DNA of 64,000 nt from Selaginella moellendorffii (GCF_000143415.4 NW_003314371.1:136480-200479), one strand, 5' to 3'. Shown: positions 23,301-40,650, counted from the first letter of the stretch. The notes: generated by a model from the sequence alone, not told the origin. Numbers and translations: made by a program.

Positions 23301-26300
23301 CATTGAAGTGTTGGAAAAAGGTTATAGCATTCATTTGCTATAGCTTGTCAGTTGATCTGTTAGCACTTGGAGTAGATTGTTTGATAGAAAAGATGTGTAG
23401 TTGAGGTATTGACATCACTAGCATTTGTATTAGTGGAAGTGACATTGTTATGTTAAGTGATGAGGAACTTTCCTTAAAGCTTGATTTTCCATGTCATTTT
23501 TTTTGTTAATGTTTTGGCTTCACATTGGATCTTGAAAGTGATTGAAGAAGAGTGTTAGTGCAATATGGATATTCAAAGATATGGTCTTCGTGATCAAACC
23601 TTAGATGTTCGTTTTGCATTTTACAAATGTCGGTATTGGATATCAAAAATATAGGCATGATGTTTGAGGCTTAAACATATTATGAGTTTTGAGAATTTGT
23701 GTTGAGGTGAACCTATGTGAAGTTGTTAGTAGGAGAAAGTTGGTTAAGTCTCGAAAATTTGCATTTTTAGATTGAGAGTCATTCTTTCTCTAAGATGGAA
23801 ATTTTTTTATGAATATTTTTAAACTTTTCCAATAGCTGATTTTTTGATCATTTTGCTTGAAAATTGTTCTATTTTCATAATAAAAGGGTTGGAGTTAACT
23901 TCAGTTGGCTTAGATCTTAGTAGGTAACTTTGCATGATGCAACCCGAAAAGGATGTTAACTTTTGGAGCTAAGGCAATTGAGTTGAATAGAGTCTAGAGT
24001 TGGTGTAGAAAAATTGTTATTGCGCTTTTCTAGAAAGGTGCCTTTCTTTTATAGCATTATGCTTGGTGGTAGATTACATCTTCGTTAAAACTTTATGATA
24101 GTAATGAACTCTTACTCATCATGACTTGGTCTTAGTGGCTTGCGCCTTTGCTAAGGATGGTGATATTCAACTTAGTTGTTTGAGGTTAAAATGTTAGTAC
24201 CTGTATTATAGCTTTGTCTATGAAGAGATTGTATTATCTCATGGTCTTCACTTTAGTTTCAATTAAATATTGATTATACATAGCTAGCCTTTTCAAGGCA
24301 TGCTTAGAGCTATTGACTATATGTATTAGTGAGTTTATCACGGTTGAGTTGGATTCGAGTGGTCATTTAGTTTGTGCTTATCTATGAACCTTTATCTTGT
24401 ACTTGAGATATTACGTTCATGTTGGACAAATACATGACTTGATGATGTGAGTTTAGTGTCTGGGTCTTGTGAAGGCAAGTTGAAGAGTGATTGTTAGTTG
24501 TTTTGCGACTAGTGATTATTTGTAGACTTTGTAAAGGATTGTTGACACTTGCTTTGCTCCATGATGATTAAGCAGTGATGGGTTTACTTTACCAGATGGT
24601 GTTGCGGAGGATCGTGTCATTAAACTTACATGGGTTTTCCATGTTGTCATGTCAACTCTACATTTGTCGATATTATTTGGTTGCATTTAGTTCATTCGTA
24701 GTGTTAGATTTCATTGAGTTTTGGATGTGGTGAATCACTCCTTGATGATGTGTTGTATATAACTAAGTATTGTTGAAGAACTAATCTTGGATACTAAGTA
24801 TAGTATCTTTGACTTTGGTTAGCCTGGTTGCTAGAAAGCTTTGAATGGTAATTCCCACTTGCTTTCTATTAGCTTTGTTATACTGCTAATGGCATTGAAG
24901 TGATGCCTTATCATTGACATTATTGATATTGAGATTCATGTGAGATAAGATATCTCTCTGTAGGATTGATATTAAGTTTCATTAATTTTGATGTCAATAA
25001 TATTGATGATTTTGGCTGTAGCTTTGTGTTATTAGCATTTGTGCATTTGCTAGTTAGCAACTATATTAATGTTCAAACAAACTAAGTGGCAAGTTTAAGT
25101 TATTTGTGTTTTAGACAAAATTGTTTAATAGGGGTTGAGATTTAAGCTTTTCCTTGAAAGGTGATTTAGTCATGGACAATGTTAACTTTACAAACGGAAG
25201 AGTTAGTGATCGATATTGGAATGTTTGAATCCTTATTGAATTTGATTTGGAATATATTAATCATTGATGATTCTTTTTGTACTTGTTATAAAGTGAGTGA
25301 CATCTTGCTATAAATGGATTTATGGAGGTCACTTGTTGAGCATAGCTTTATTATGCTTAATTTTGCATTATAAAGTTTAACTTATAGATGTGTTAAGAAG
25401 GATATTATGGGTTATACCTTGATTTTTTCTTGAGCATTGAAATTAGTTCATGCAAGACTTGTGATTATTGTTAGACAAGACTTAACTATAAGCTTCTTCA
25501 AACTTTTGGTTCCTTGAGCTTTCATGCTTATGGTCCATTTGTTAGAAATTGTTGAGGAAAGCATTTTGGCTTATTAGTTTCAATGTTGAAGTTGGCTTTT
25601 GCATCTTGCAATCATTAGTGATGATTGATTATCAACTAGGATAGTTAATTATCCTTGTCAAAAGTTTTGCTTAATTATTGTTGATTTAGAATGATTTGTT
25701 GTTCTTCGGGATGGTGAATTCTTTCTTCGATAATGATTATGCATCTCTCTATTAATAGGATGATTGATGATCTCTCATGATAGTTAATTGTCCTCTTTAA
25801 TAGCTCATGGCTTTTCATAATACCAAATATTCTTTATGGTTTGCTCTAGATTGGTCTTTTGGGTTTGAGATATTAGTAGGATGTTGTTGACACTCCTTGA
25901 GCAACTTTGATTCCTTGGTATTATTGCCCAGGATCTATATAGATTAACTAATGCGATAGTTGGCATGAACAAATGTTTGTTGGTCTTGTCATCTGATAAA
26001 CAAGTATTAGAGTATAGGAACCACCAAGATCAACATAATTGGAAAACATAAGATTCACTATCTAACAAAATTCAATAGTAAGTATGTCATCAAGTAAACT
26101 CAATGAGAAAATTGAATTACCAAAGATTGCAAATAGAATGCTAAACAATTTACAAAAGATAACTCAAAGAACACAAAATATTATTGACTGGCAAACAAAA
26201 TGTTTGCGAATGTATTGCCCAAATGAAATAACATCAAATTTTATGGAATCTATCACCCAAAGGAAATAACATTCAATCTATTAGAACCAACTATAGCAAC

Positions 26301-26500
26301 AATCAATAGAATAGAATAAATGTTGTAACTTACTTGAAATACTTTTGTCTTCTAATCTAAGATTTATTCATTGATAATTAAGTCTCTAAGATATCATTGT
26401 CTTTGATTTTAATATTGCATTTATTGATCTTTGAGTTTGGGCCAGTATAGGTAAACTGCCTTCAGCACTTCGTGTGTATAGTGAAATCTCTAGTCATGAG
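20358..26500 (+). mobile_element. Highly decayed, AT-rich gypsy internal (pol/integrase) regions, two diverged copies
   Basis: 20600-21780 aligns by eye with 25270-26500. The region lies between family A LTRs and has no ORF longer than ~70 aa. Confidence 0.55.
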
Positions 26501-26519
26501 GTAGGGGGAGGGGGGGTTA

Positions 26520-29500
26520 TCTAGTGGAGTATCTATATCCTCACGTTAGGCCACCAGTATGCTAAAATAGCGCTAGACTCTGTTTGGCTCCGTTTTACGT
26601 GCTAATCCTGGCATTGGGATGCTAGATACTCTAAAACTGTTCCAAATTGTTTCGTGCTCTTATCCCTTTGCTCCTTGGGCTGTATGCTTAGGAATCGCTC
26701 CATACTCTAGTTCCTTCGCTCTTTGGCTCCATGCTTGGGAGTTTGGTTCCATTCCTTTGTTCAGTGGCCCAAAGTCTTGAAACTTGAGTTCCACTCCATT
26801 GTCCTTTGGACATGTGGCATGTGACATATGGCACATAGAGGGTTTAAGTTCTGTTTTGTGGTTATTCTATGGTAAATTACCATAGGATAAAGAGTAAAAG
26901 CCACGTGCGTTACAATTTCTCATAAAGTGTAAACATTATAAATTTTTTTCTTAAGTTGTTTCCTTGGGGGTGGTCTAAACTAGAGTATGCATCAATGAGG
27001 ACGTCAATCTTCCCTAAAGGGTGAAGAGTGTCGTAAATGTGAATGTGGGTATTAAAAGTTATATGTTCGAGTCCTTTCGAATATTCTTTCCTACCTCTTA
27101 CTATGATGGTAGGAGGTTAATATTGCTAGACCCTTTATCAATCCCTCTTGTGCTAGTGAAGTTAACTGGGCATTTTGAGTGTAGTTAGACCAAATGAATA
27201 TAAGGGCGGAATTTCTATGTATTATTAGCTAAGTATACGTAACTTAGTAAAGAGTTTCTGTCTAGTTGTGTTTTGCACTGGCTAGTGATAAGAACCCCCA
27301 CTTATTAAGATTAGTCCCTCAATATCACCAGATGATAGTTTACTATGTTTGCTAAACACACTTGTTATCATGTTTCATATGTTGGTTTTATTTGGTCTCA
27401 TTAGCTATTTATAGAAATTGTTTAGATCTACAAGATAGGCATATCTACGGAATATAGAGATCATCACTAGGTAGCTTCATCATATATCATACATTTTGTG
27501 ATTTCCTAGTAGAGAAGAGCACCAAGATCAAGCATAACACTATAGTGATAATAGTAATAATTTTTCCCCTTCAATGATTTTCTACTACTAGCCAGCCTAT
27601 CCTAGCTCAAGTTAGCTTCATGTAGCCCAACTCAGTCCAAACCATGGCTGCCAAGTTATAGCTATGGTCAGCCATAAGTAGCACCATGGCTATGGCTGCC
27701 TAGCAAATAGCACATTGCTGTCGGCACCACCAAATGGCATTGCCATGGCTATGGCCACCCAATGCCACTCCATAGGAATGGCTACCAATAGCTAGAGCAA
27801 GTTTACTTCTTTATGAGTTTTCCTTGTAAATCCTTTTATCTTTAAACCTTTAGAATTTTAAAGAACATATGGGAGCCACTAGGATACATGAGCATCAATA
27901 TAGGAATGGAGTAATAATTATGAAATATAATTCAATGTTTGCTTTATTACATTTTTGGGTAGCAATGATGAAATCATTGCTAATGGGATTGCCATACTTA
28001 GATAATAGATAGTGGTAGCAATGAAATTCTTAGGTTTTATTATTACAATCGTGTAGTGTTTATAGTTGTAACACACATGGTTTTCACCCTTTATCCTATA
28101 GTGATTTACCATAGAATGACCATGGAGTAGAACCCAAAACCCTATCTAAGAATAGTGGAGTGAGATTTGAGTTTCAAGGCCTTAAACCACTAAATGAAGG
28201 GATAGAGACAAACTACTAAGCATAGAGCCAAGGAGCAAAAGAAGCGAGGCATAAAAGGATTTTTGAGCATTTAGCCCGAGCAGATGTAAATGATTAATTT
28301 TTCCATTCTACTTTAATCATTTAACCATTTGAAAAAGTCTTATATATAACCTTTATAAGTTTTATTTCTGACTTGGGGACTTGCTAGCCCCGTGAATGAC
28401 CTCTATACCACTTTACTTTTACACTTAATCCAAGTGCTTCATGTGTCCGATCCCATAACAAACACCTAAAGATACCACTAACATATTAGTCTATTACACT
28501 AAGGCCATGTCTATTCACTTTTTTCTTATTGGTAGTCCAAAACCACCCATATTACAATCTCATCTTCTAAAGACTAAGCTATCTATCCATGAGTGGTCAT
28601 CCTATGACCACACCTTAGCATCCTTAAAATGCTTAAAGACATGAGGAACATTTTTCCCTAATATCTCTTCTTTGGTCCCCACCAAGTTCCTTTCCATCCA
28701 CAATTGTGTTCACCAGCACTGTCAATTGGAAAAGGGGCAATTGTGTACTGAGAGAGTGGTCATTGTATCCCTATTTATCCCCTAAGCTATTAATATCCTC
28801 ATTGATTATTGACTAACAACCTCTATTAAACTAAGGGGAACTAACATTTTTATTTCTACGTTGAATCTAACAATCCCTCTATTGTATAGATTAGCTATTC
28901 TATATAAGGCAACTAGTCATCCACCTGTACCACAATCCCGTAGTGGATACCTTCATCCATACTCTATAAGAGGAAGGACACATGCATGGATGCCCAATAT
29001 GTACAATTTCAAATTTAGAGGTAGAAATATACCTTACTCAAGGGTATATTATATTTTAAGTAGCCACTAATCAATGAAAATTAAATTTATGCCATTTGCT
29101 TCGATACCACATGTAATGCACTTTATCTCTCTCCCCTTAAACCAATTGAAAAAGGGGCAATTACTTAATAAAAGACCCCTTAATGGCTATTTTAACCCTA
29201 TTTATCCCCTAAAGATCCACAATGATAGTATATCCAAATCTCATCCCATGATTATATGCACTACATGAGGGCCTAACTACTAAGTCCCATTGACATCTAA
29301 GATCTCCTCACCATATAACCATATCCTTGATCACTACCTAAGAGGACTTCTCCTCCTCTTTTTCACATTCTAGGACTTTGGAATAACATTTCAAAACATT
29401 ATGGCCCTATACAAGCCTTATGGGTCCTCCTCTTAGTTTTTGCCTCTGGGTGGCATAGCTATATAACTAGAGCAAAGTTTCGATGAGCCATGCTAAATAT

Positions 29501-30258
29501 CCAAGTAAGTGGTGCCACCTACACTTGGATTGAGAGCATTGACCATCTGATATCCTAGAGGAGCTAGAGTTGGCTCTTGAACAATTTACTAAGTTACCTT
29601 GCTTGTCCATTCATGTTCATTTTAGTCTTGGACTCCTTAATTGTTATATCATCACCTACCATATATAACCTTCATAAGTCACACTAGTTTTTCTTGGCCA
29701 AACTAGTTTCACTGAAGTCCAATCCCCACACTCTCCCTAGTATACTTTTGGAACCCCTTGTAGCCCCTCCCCCCTTGAGGAATGATCACTTTGGGCTTTG
29801 ACCCTACGACCTGTATTAGTATTTGGACTTGGTCTTGAATTCCATCTCAAACTCCATTTTGGTGGCTTCTCTCTTTATAAATATAGCATACATGGTTTTC
29901 ACCTTTTATCCTACATATTTTACCATACGATAACCAAGAAACCTAACCCTCCACATGGCACATGCCACGTGTCTAAGGACTGCAAAGTGAAACCCAAGTT
30001 TCAAGGCCTTAAGCCACTGAACAAAAGAATAGAGTAAAACTCCCAAACATACAACTAAGGAGCAAAGGAACTAGAGCATGGGACTCCCGAGTGTACAGCC
30101 CAAGGAGCGAAGGGGTAAAAGCACAAAACAATATAGAAATAGTCTTAGAGCATTTAGCATCCCAATGCAAGGATTAGTACAGAAAATAAAGCCAAATGGA
30201 ATTTAGCACTGTTTTAGTATATCAGTGGCATAATGCAAGAATTTGGGTATTCCACCAG
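26520..30258. mobile_element. LTR family B fragments: 26520-26900 (+), and 28060-28290 and 28350-30258 (inverted)
   Basis: 26525-26900 is the reverse complement of 29900-30258, 28060-28290 resembles 29880-30160, and 28350-29830 matches 11140-12090 inverted. Confidence 0.6.
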
Positions 30259-30932
30259 CCAATATGTATGGAGATTAGGCTTAGACCTAAGTCAGACACA
30301 GAACAAATACAAACATACAAGCAAGAATTAGATTATACTTCAAATTAGTTAAACATGCTCAACCTACCCACTATCCCTACTATACATATGAAACCCCCCA
30401 TAGCACCCCCCTGAGGAATGTATGCTTTAAGCTTTCACTTTAGTCACATTTGCACTTGAGAACAATGCCATTGTGTTCAAGATAATCTCTACATTCCATA
30501 GATATGCCTAAGACACTTTCTATAAATAGTCATTAGAATTAAATGGGACTAACACATAGGGTATAATAGTGAAAATGTCTTGGTGAATATGGTAAACTAT
30601 TATCTAATAAATATTGACGGACCAAGCTCAATATCATAGGGGTTCTCAACACTAACAAGTATAAGTCAATAAATGAGTTTCTTTAACCAGGTCAAATATA
30701 TTTGACTAATAACACTTAGGAATTCCCTCCATATGCTCATTTAACTAAATGCACATGTGAAGACTAGTTTCTCAATTAACTTGGGTGGAGACTGATAAAA
30801 GGGTTCAGCAATACTAACCTCTTCCCATTATGGTAGTAAAGAAAGAATATCTTAAAGGACTTCCCAATAGATAACATTTGATACCTGTAATCACAATTGC
30901 AATAGTAATGTTTGATTGTAACTTCATAAAAT

Positions 30933-30934
<2 letters not shown>

Positions 30935-31010
<76 letters not shown>
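30935..31010. repeat. (AT)n microsatellite
   Basis: About 38 perfect TA units. Confidence 0.98.
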
Positions 31011-31015
<5 letters not shown>

Positions 31016-31951
31016 ATGAATTAAATTAGTAATAAATTGTAAAGTAAAACTTTTGTCTAAAATATATATCTTTTATAATAAAAATTTTAATAAAACTATA
31101 ATAAAAGTATAATAGTTACCTTCTAGTGTAGTGCCTATTGTTGCTATGGGATTCTTACATTAAAGAGCTTGAGCCCTCTATTGTAATATGTGTGGCATTC
31201 ATTACTATTTCATGTTCTGGCCAAACTTTATATTGATGCCTAAGTTTATTGTAGTCTCTAAGTGTGTACTTAGCATGTCAAAAGCCTTAATTGAGCACTC
31301 TAGTGCACAATAGCATTGCTGAATTGACAATGGACAATAGCCAATGTGTAGAGAGGCTCATGACTAGCACTCTTTTGGTAGGGAATGTCTACAATACCTA
31401 GTTTAGCTACACTTCCAATCTAGTTAAATCTTGCCACACATTTTTGCCATTCTTACCAAACTTAAAAGAAGAAGGTTTTGATATATCAAATAAACTGAGA
31501 ATTCATATATACATTCTAATATATATGCATTTAGAAAAATGGCATCCAAAACATTATTTTGTGAGTCACATATATATGTTTAAACAATTCAAGTACACTT
31601 CTGTTTTAATTTCATATATTTCACAGTTTAATACACTTTTTTACCAGCCCACCCACCCCAGTACACTGTCCCCAAAACAGTGATCACTAATTGTTTGCCA
31701 TAGATATGTTTTAAAAATACCAATTGTTGACATCCTCGAAAAATAACTATTGTTGACATCCTTGTCAGATATTTATTTTGAAAGGATCTTCACAAAAATA
31801 TCTAGATATTTTGAAATACTTGTGCAAGATACAAATATACATAAACTCTGAGAGACACGTGGGATGACAACTCGTACTATAAATTAACCACATCGGAAGG
31901 CCATTTGTATCAAGTTTTGCTTCTGTTGTCTCTGTTTGCTTCAGCATAGTG

Positions 31952-32488
31952 ATGGCATTTGTTCGAGTTTCTTGCATCCTTCTGCTGCCATTGATGCTGC
32001 TTGCAATTGCCAATGCTGCTGAAGAAGGTAATGCTCAAAAGTTTTGTTTGCTTAAAATTTCAACTAATTCACAAGTTCCACAGCAATGGTGGTTTCGGAA
32101 GGGATGGATGCTATGCATGATCCGCGATATTTGGCTACTATCCTGGAAAAGAAAGGTGCTGCAACTTCCAGGAGTTTTGTTTCATTGTTTTCTGTTTTTC
32201 TTTTGTGCAGGACTAACAAGCGTTGTGGGTGAAACTTACTGTTGCCTCAAGAATGGCTATGGGTGCATGCAAGAGTGTGAAAAAGGCAAAGCGTACCAGT
32301 GCTGCCTCAAGAATGGCTATGGGTGCATGCAAATGTGTGAGCCATCCAAGAAGTACTCATGCTGCCTCAAGAATGGATATGGCTGCATGTGGATGTGCGA
32401 GAATGGTGTGGAGCACTACTGCTGCGAGAAGAATGGCTATGGCTGCACCAAGATGTGCCCCAAAAAAGTCACTTCTGGCAGCCTCTAG
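31952..32488 (+). CDS. Secreted cysteine-rich precursor with four tandem 20-aa CC-x6-C-x3-C repeats (exons 31952-32027, 32084-32155, 32211-32488)
   Basis: Signal peptide MAFVRVSCILLLPLMLLAIANA. Two phase-1 introns of 56 and 55 nt give the propeptide AMVVSEGMDAMHDPRYLATILEKKG, followed by (YxCCxKNGYGCxxxC) x4. Confidence 0.85.
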   Translation: MAFVRVSCILLLPLMLLAIANAAEEGNAQKFCLLKISTNSQVPQQWWFRKGWMLCMIRDIWLLSWKRKVLQLPGVLFHCFLFFFCAGLTSVVGETYCCLKNGYGCMQECEKGKAYQCCLKNGYGCMQMCEPSKKYSCCLKNGYGCMWMCENGVEHYCCEKNGYGCTKMCPKKVTSGSL

Positions 32489-33146
32489 AACGGTTATAAA
32501 TGTGTGGATGGGTATGCATGCCGCTATAGATCTATGGCGGCCAACTTTAAATAAAAACTGAGTGCTTCCTTCTTTGAAGTTCTTGCACATCCTCGTCCCC
32601 CACATTCTTCTACTGTACAATCCTCCACTGATTGCAGACAAACCCATTGTTCCAGATGTGAATTCGAGAGTGATTTCAAGAGTGGTTCTAGAATCATGAG
32701 TTCCTTCAATGAAGCTGGAAAGACTTCTAGCGAAAGACGATGATAACAAGCTTGTATAAAGCAAAAAGTCTCTCTCATTTTTTCCATAGCTCCTTTTAGA
32801 ATCCAGGAAAAGGACCTGACCCATTGGCGGCAGAAGTAACAGGGACAAGCTCTGGAGCTAACATGCGTCCTAAAAGTCACAATTGTCCCTGCAAGAACGA
32901 CGCACTAGACAATCTGATGCTCAAATTTCACGATTCTGCTGTGTCGTCTAGCTCATATCTTGCTAAGGCATATATCGAGTGGCAACATTTGGCGGCAGTC
33001 CAAAAACACGTGAAAGTATATTGAAAATTTTGTTTGTGGGCCCGATGTCATATTCGAATTAGGTCAAGGTACTTACGGTAGTAAAATCTTAGTTCACGCC
33101 TGCCCTAAAATGCGAAAATTTGGGTTTAGGGTTCTTCGCTCGGGCG

Positions 33147-34481
33147 ATGGTGGCCAGGCGGAAGAAGCTCAAGGAACAGGTTGCGGCGGGCGATGGATCC
33201 GGCAAGGAGAAGCTCGGGCAGGAGGGGAGATTGAAGGTGAAGAAGAAGAAGGAGAAGCGGAAGCAGCAAGAGGCCGAGAAACTGGAGGAGGAGGCGGCGG
33301 CGCGGGAGCTGGAGGACCGGAGGGCGGCGAAGAGGTTCAAGAGGGAGGAGAGGAGGAGGAGGAAAGAGGCGGAGGCGGTTGAAAGGGAGGAGAAAGGAGA
33401 GGCATTGGCGGAGGAGGAGGGGACGAAGATGTCGAAGGAGAAGAGGAAGAGGAAAGAGGAGGAAAATGCGATTGATGCAGTGGAAGAGGAGGATGGAACA
33501 AGACCAGTCGGGAGGAAATCGAAGAACGCAAAGAAGAAGAAGGTGGATCGATGGGGCGCGCCTGTGGCTCCTGACGCTCCACCACAGCCAGAAATTGAAG
33601 AGAACGAGAACGATGACCATCAAAGGTACGTCTTCGTCGATTTCTTTAATCTTAAGTTGTTCTTGCTGGCAGGGAAGAGACTGGAGAAGAAGAATATCAT
33701 CCCAAAAAGATTTACGCTGGAGGCATGCCATACACTACAAGCGAGGACGAAATCCATAGCTACTTTTCTGAGTGTGGAGCCATCGAAGAGATCGACTACA
33801 CAACCTTCCCAGACACTGGGAGGTTCCGGGGCCTCGCTTTCATTACTTTCAAGGTAGACTCTCTTTTTCTCTTTCGATCGAAACTTTCAAGCATGGAGTG
33901 CTTGTCACAGACGCAAGCCGCAGTAAAGAAAGCACTCGAGCTCGATGGAGCGGACATGTAAGTTCCATGGATGGTTTTTCTCTTCTCACCGCTACTTTTC
34001 GCTGGAAAACAGGGGTGGCCGATTCTTGCGAATTATGAGATGCAAAATCAAGCCACAAGACGAGGCCAAGCAGCAAAAAACCTCCTACGCGGAGCCACCA
34101 CCCAAGACGGAGGGCTGCACTTCAGTCTACGTTGGAAACCTCTCGTGGGACGCAACCGAGAAAGACTTGCGGCAGTTCTTCAAGAGATGCAAGATCACGA
34201 GCGTCCGCCTCGCGCTCGACAAGGAAACCCGAGAGTTCAAAGGCTTCGGTCACGTCGACTTCGAAGACGACGAGTCCGTGGAGAGGGCCATCAAGCTCGA
34301 CCAGAAGCTGTTTCTCAACCGGCCCATCAAGATCGCCTACGCTGTCCCGCCCAAGAAACCGACCAGCAGCACCAACAGCGATCGTGAGCCGCGGAAGGAC
34401 AAGAGCAAGAAAAATGGATGCTTCAGCTGCGGAGAGGAAGGCCACAGATCCTTCCAGTGTCCCAAGAAAGCCCAAGACTAG
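33147..34481 (+). CDS. PHIP1: Phragmoplastin-interacting protein 1-like (Lys/Glu-rich N-terminus, two RRMs, CCHC knuckle)
   Basis: RRM1 (GGMPY...FRGLAFITF), RRM2 (VYVGNLSW...FKGFGHVDF), CFSCGEEGHRSFQC; three short introns. Confidence 0.8.
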
Positions 34482-34552
34482 CAGGAACTTTGAGTCAGCT
34501 CTTATGTTGGAAGCCTCAAAATGGGGATGATGGTGCCTAGATCAACGTTTCA

Positions 34553-36299
34553 CTAGGTTGCAGTGACTTTGTTGTCAACTTCTTCCGGAGTACTGTCAGT
34601 GGCAGTGGCTGTGTCTTCTTCGGATTGAGCTGCAGTTTCATCAACTTCCAGGTTCTCGTTCTGCGTGGCCTCTTCTCCAGCGGTGTCGAATTCTGGTGGT
34701 TCGGCCGCGGCTTCTGCCGCTGCTGCCGCTTCTGCCGCCGCCTCTGCCATCGCTGCCGCTGCCTCGGCTGCTGCAGCTCGACTCACGGCTGAGGCCATCG
34801 CCGGAGACGCGCGCATTGCCTCCCAGCACTCCCTTTCCATCTCCACGAGCTGCCGGCACACGTCCAGGGCCGTCGTTACATTCCTCTTAAAGTTGAAGCG
34901 GTATCCCATCCAGTCTGTGCTCGCGGGCTTGATGACTTTCGCCAGGATGTCGAAGCCATTTGTGTCGATGTTGTAGAGTATAGCGTCCTGGAAAGGAAGT
35001 TTTGGTTATCTGACTAAGAAAACGGATCTTCTTACGTCCACTTTGACGTGCCGATAAACCATGCAGAAGACCTTGAGGGTGAACCTTCTCGATTCGGTCT
35101 GGTTTATGCCCTCCACGAGACCAGAGAACAAGGTGGCTGCAACGAAAGGTTCCTGTCAAAACGAACTATCCATCTACAGAGTTTTCTTACAGAGGGCATG
35201 AGTGTTTGGAGCAAGTCCCAGCTCTACTTCGTGTTTGGCCCCAAGCAAGTCCACGTAAACGATTGATCTAGCAGGAAAGAAAACGGTAAGAATGGACGAA
35301 ACCAAGTAGAAAGGACTATACTTTGGGCGAAATAGATAGATTGATAGCTCACTAGCGGGGTCTAGAAGCTTTGTTCGAGCTTCGAATTGCGAGGCGAGCA
35401 ATTTCTCTGACGCTTCAAAGAGAGGACCGAGTGCTTGACCACCGAGCTCCACAACCTCTTTAGCAGCTGTGTTTATAGACGAGAGAGCTTCCTTTACTCT
35501 GCTCACCTACAAAAACGTTAAGTCAAGATAATGAAGTCTCAAGAACAAACGATTTTACCTCACTGTCTTCGGCAAATCCCATTACACCAGTCAAGATGAT
35601 ATGAGGAGGAACCTACAGAAAAAAAAAAAAGCCAAAAAACTTCCAGCGATTCCCAAGTGATTCGCTTACCTTACCCAGAAGCCTTATAGTTTCCATAAGA
35701 GAAGGAGGATCGGTATGACCGACGAAGAGCGTCGCGTTGCTATCAACTACAAGATCCTACACAAGGAAAAATAAAATAAAATTGGATAGAAACCAAATGA
35801 CCGCTTACCAGTTTGTGAGCCTTGTCTTCCTTCGTCAAGCAAACATAAGGCTTTGTGAAGAATCCAAACTGGACAATCGAGGCGTGGAGCTTCTCGTCCC
35901 TGGATCACATTTTGTTTCTCTAAGTTGAAAGGGGAAAACCAAGAGAAAGAACAAGGAGAGTACCTCTTGGCTGCTCGAGCTCTCGTGACGAGCTGACAAC
36001 GCCATTGCGATGACAAGATGTTCTAAGAGAAAAAGAAAATGCAGCATTGGAAATCGATTCGCATTGCTTACTGCTACGCACTTTAGCTCTCCCAACGAAT
36101 GTGATGAGATCTGGATTGCCCAAGCTCTGGTGGTACTCGAAAAACTCTTTCATCATCTTCGCTTTGTATTCCAGGCTCTTGCTGCCATAGCTCCGCCGCT
36201 GGCTCACTGCAGCGCCACAAATCGCTCAAGAACACTCTCCCAGAGCCTCGGATCTCAAAATGCGCACCTGTCGCGGCTGAATCTTTCCATCGCTTCCAT
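34553..36299 (-). CDS. Multi-exon conserved plant protein, possibly FMN-binding split-barrel (PNPOx-like) family, with Ala/Glu-rich tail
   Basis: Spliceable exons such as VPPHIILTG, IVYVDLLGAKHEV and DAILYNIDTNGFDILAKV...YRFNF. The family assignment is tentative. Confidence 0.55.
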
Positions 36300-36390
36300 A
36301 GCTCCTCGCTCCTCCTACGCAACATAGAAGAACCCTAAAACCCTAGGTAGTAGCCTCCAAAAAACTATACATTGGAAAAGAAAAATGCCT

Positions 36391-39665
<3,275 letters not shown>

Positions 39666-39852
39666 TCCAGATCCGCGATGCGAAGAACCCTAGACCCTCT
39701 GGAAACGCGGTATAAGAAGAATCCAACGGCTGGGATTCAATAGGCACCAGAATATCCCAAAAGCATCTTTTATTTATTAAATCTCACTCCCGACGAAAGC
39801 ATTTTTAGGTTTCTTCAAAAATTCTAGCGCTAGATCCGATCGATCCGCTCCC

Positions 39853-40650
39853 ATGGATTCAGGGCAGGGAGGGAAGCTCAATAGATTCCTGCGCAGCTGT
39901 GGATTTGGCGGCGCCGCGAGGCAGCACCATTCGTCCCAGACAGGGGCGGCTTCAGCGACAGCGGCGGCGAGCGCTTCGGCAAGAAATCCATGGGACGATT
40001 GCTTGGAATGCCCGGTTTGCTGGGAGAATTTCAATGGCGGCGACCACACGCCTTACGTTCTCTTCTGTGGCCACACCCTGTGCAAGACGTGCTTGATGGG
40101 CCTCCAGTGGGGGACGATCAAGCCACTCCAGCTCCAGCTCCCTCTCCTCGTCCCGTGCCCCTGGTGCCAGTTCCTCACGCTCCGCCTCTCCTGGAAGGGA
40201 GGCCGCCTCAAATTCCCGGCGAAGAACTTCTTCCTCCTCTCCATCGTCGAGGCCGCGAGGGGCAGCTCCTCGGCCGCTACCACCGAGTGCTCCAAGCCGG
40301 AGGATCACGTCCCGGCGAGCCGGAGGCTGGACAAGGGCGCCTGGAGGATGAGCGACGTGTGGCAGATCGGGCTTAACTTGCAGCAGCGCCGGGTCTGGCA
40401 CGAGATCGTCCACGACGAGTGGAATGCCGACCAGGTGTTGAAGCTCATCCGGCTGATCGCCCAGGTGATCTCCAAGCTGCCACCGATGATCTTGCTGCTC
40501 TTCCTGGTGTTTTACGTCCTGCCCTTCAGCGCTCTCGTGCTGGTGCTCTACAGCTTGGTGACGCTGGTCTTCGCGGTGCCTTGCTACCTGGTGCTCTACT
40601 TCTCGTATCCGGGCATGCAGTGGCTGGCCCGAGAGATTGTTGCTGCTTGA
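39853..40650 (+). CDS. RING-finger protein with C-terminal transmembrane helices
   Basis: CPVCWENF...PYVLFCGHTLCKTC...CPWC; hydrophobic C-terminus; intronless. Confidence 0.9.
   Translation: MDSGQGGKLNRFLRSCGFGGAARQHHSSQTGAASATAAASASARNPWDDCLECPVCWENFNGGDHTPYVLFCGHTLCKTCLMGLQWGTIKPLQLQLPLLVPCPWCQFLTLRLSWKGGRLKFPAKNFFLLSIVEAARGSSSAATTECSKPEDHVPASRRLDKGAWRMSDVWQIGLNLQQRRVWHEIVHDEWNADQVLKLIRLIAQVISKLPPMILLLFLVFYVLPFSALVLVLYSLVTLVFAVPCYLVLYFSYPGMQWLAREIVAA

Noticed and set aside
30814-31017. YI-repeat ORF
   Set aside because: Translation of the (AT)n microsatellite.
31949-32488. Unspliced 179-aa version of the Cys-rich gene
   Set aside because: Two canonical 55-56 nt introns around a 72-nt exon explain the middle segment better, and the read-through contains intron-like pyrimidine tracts.
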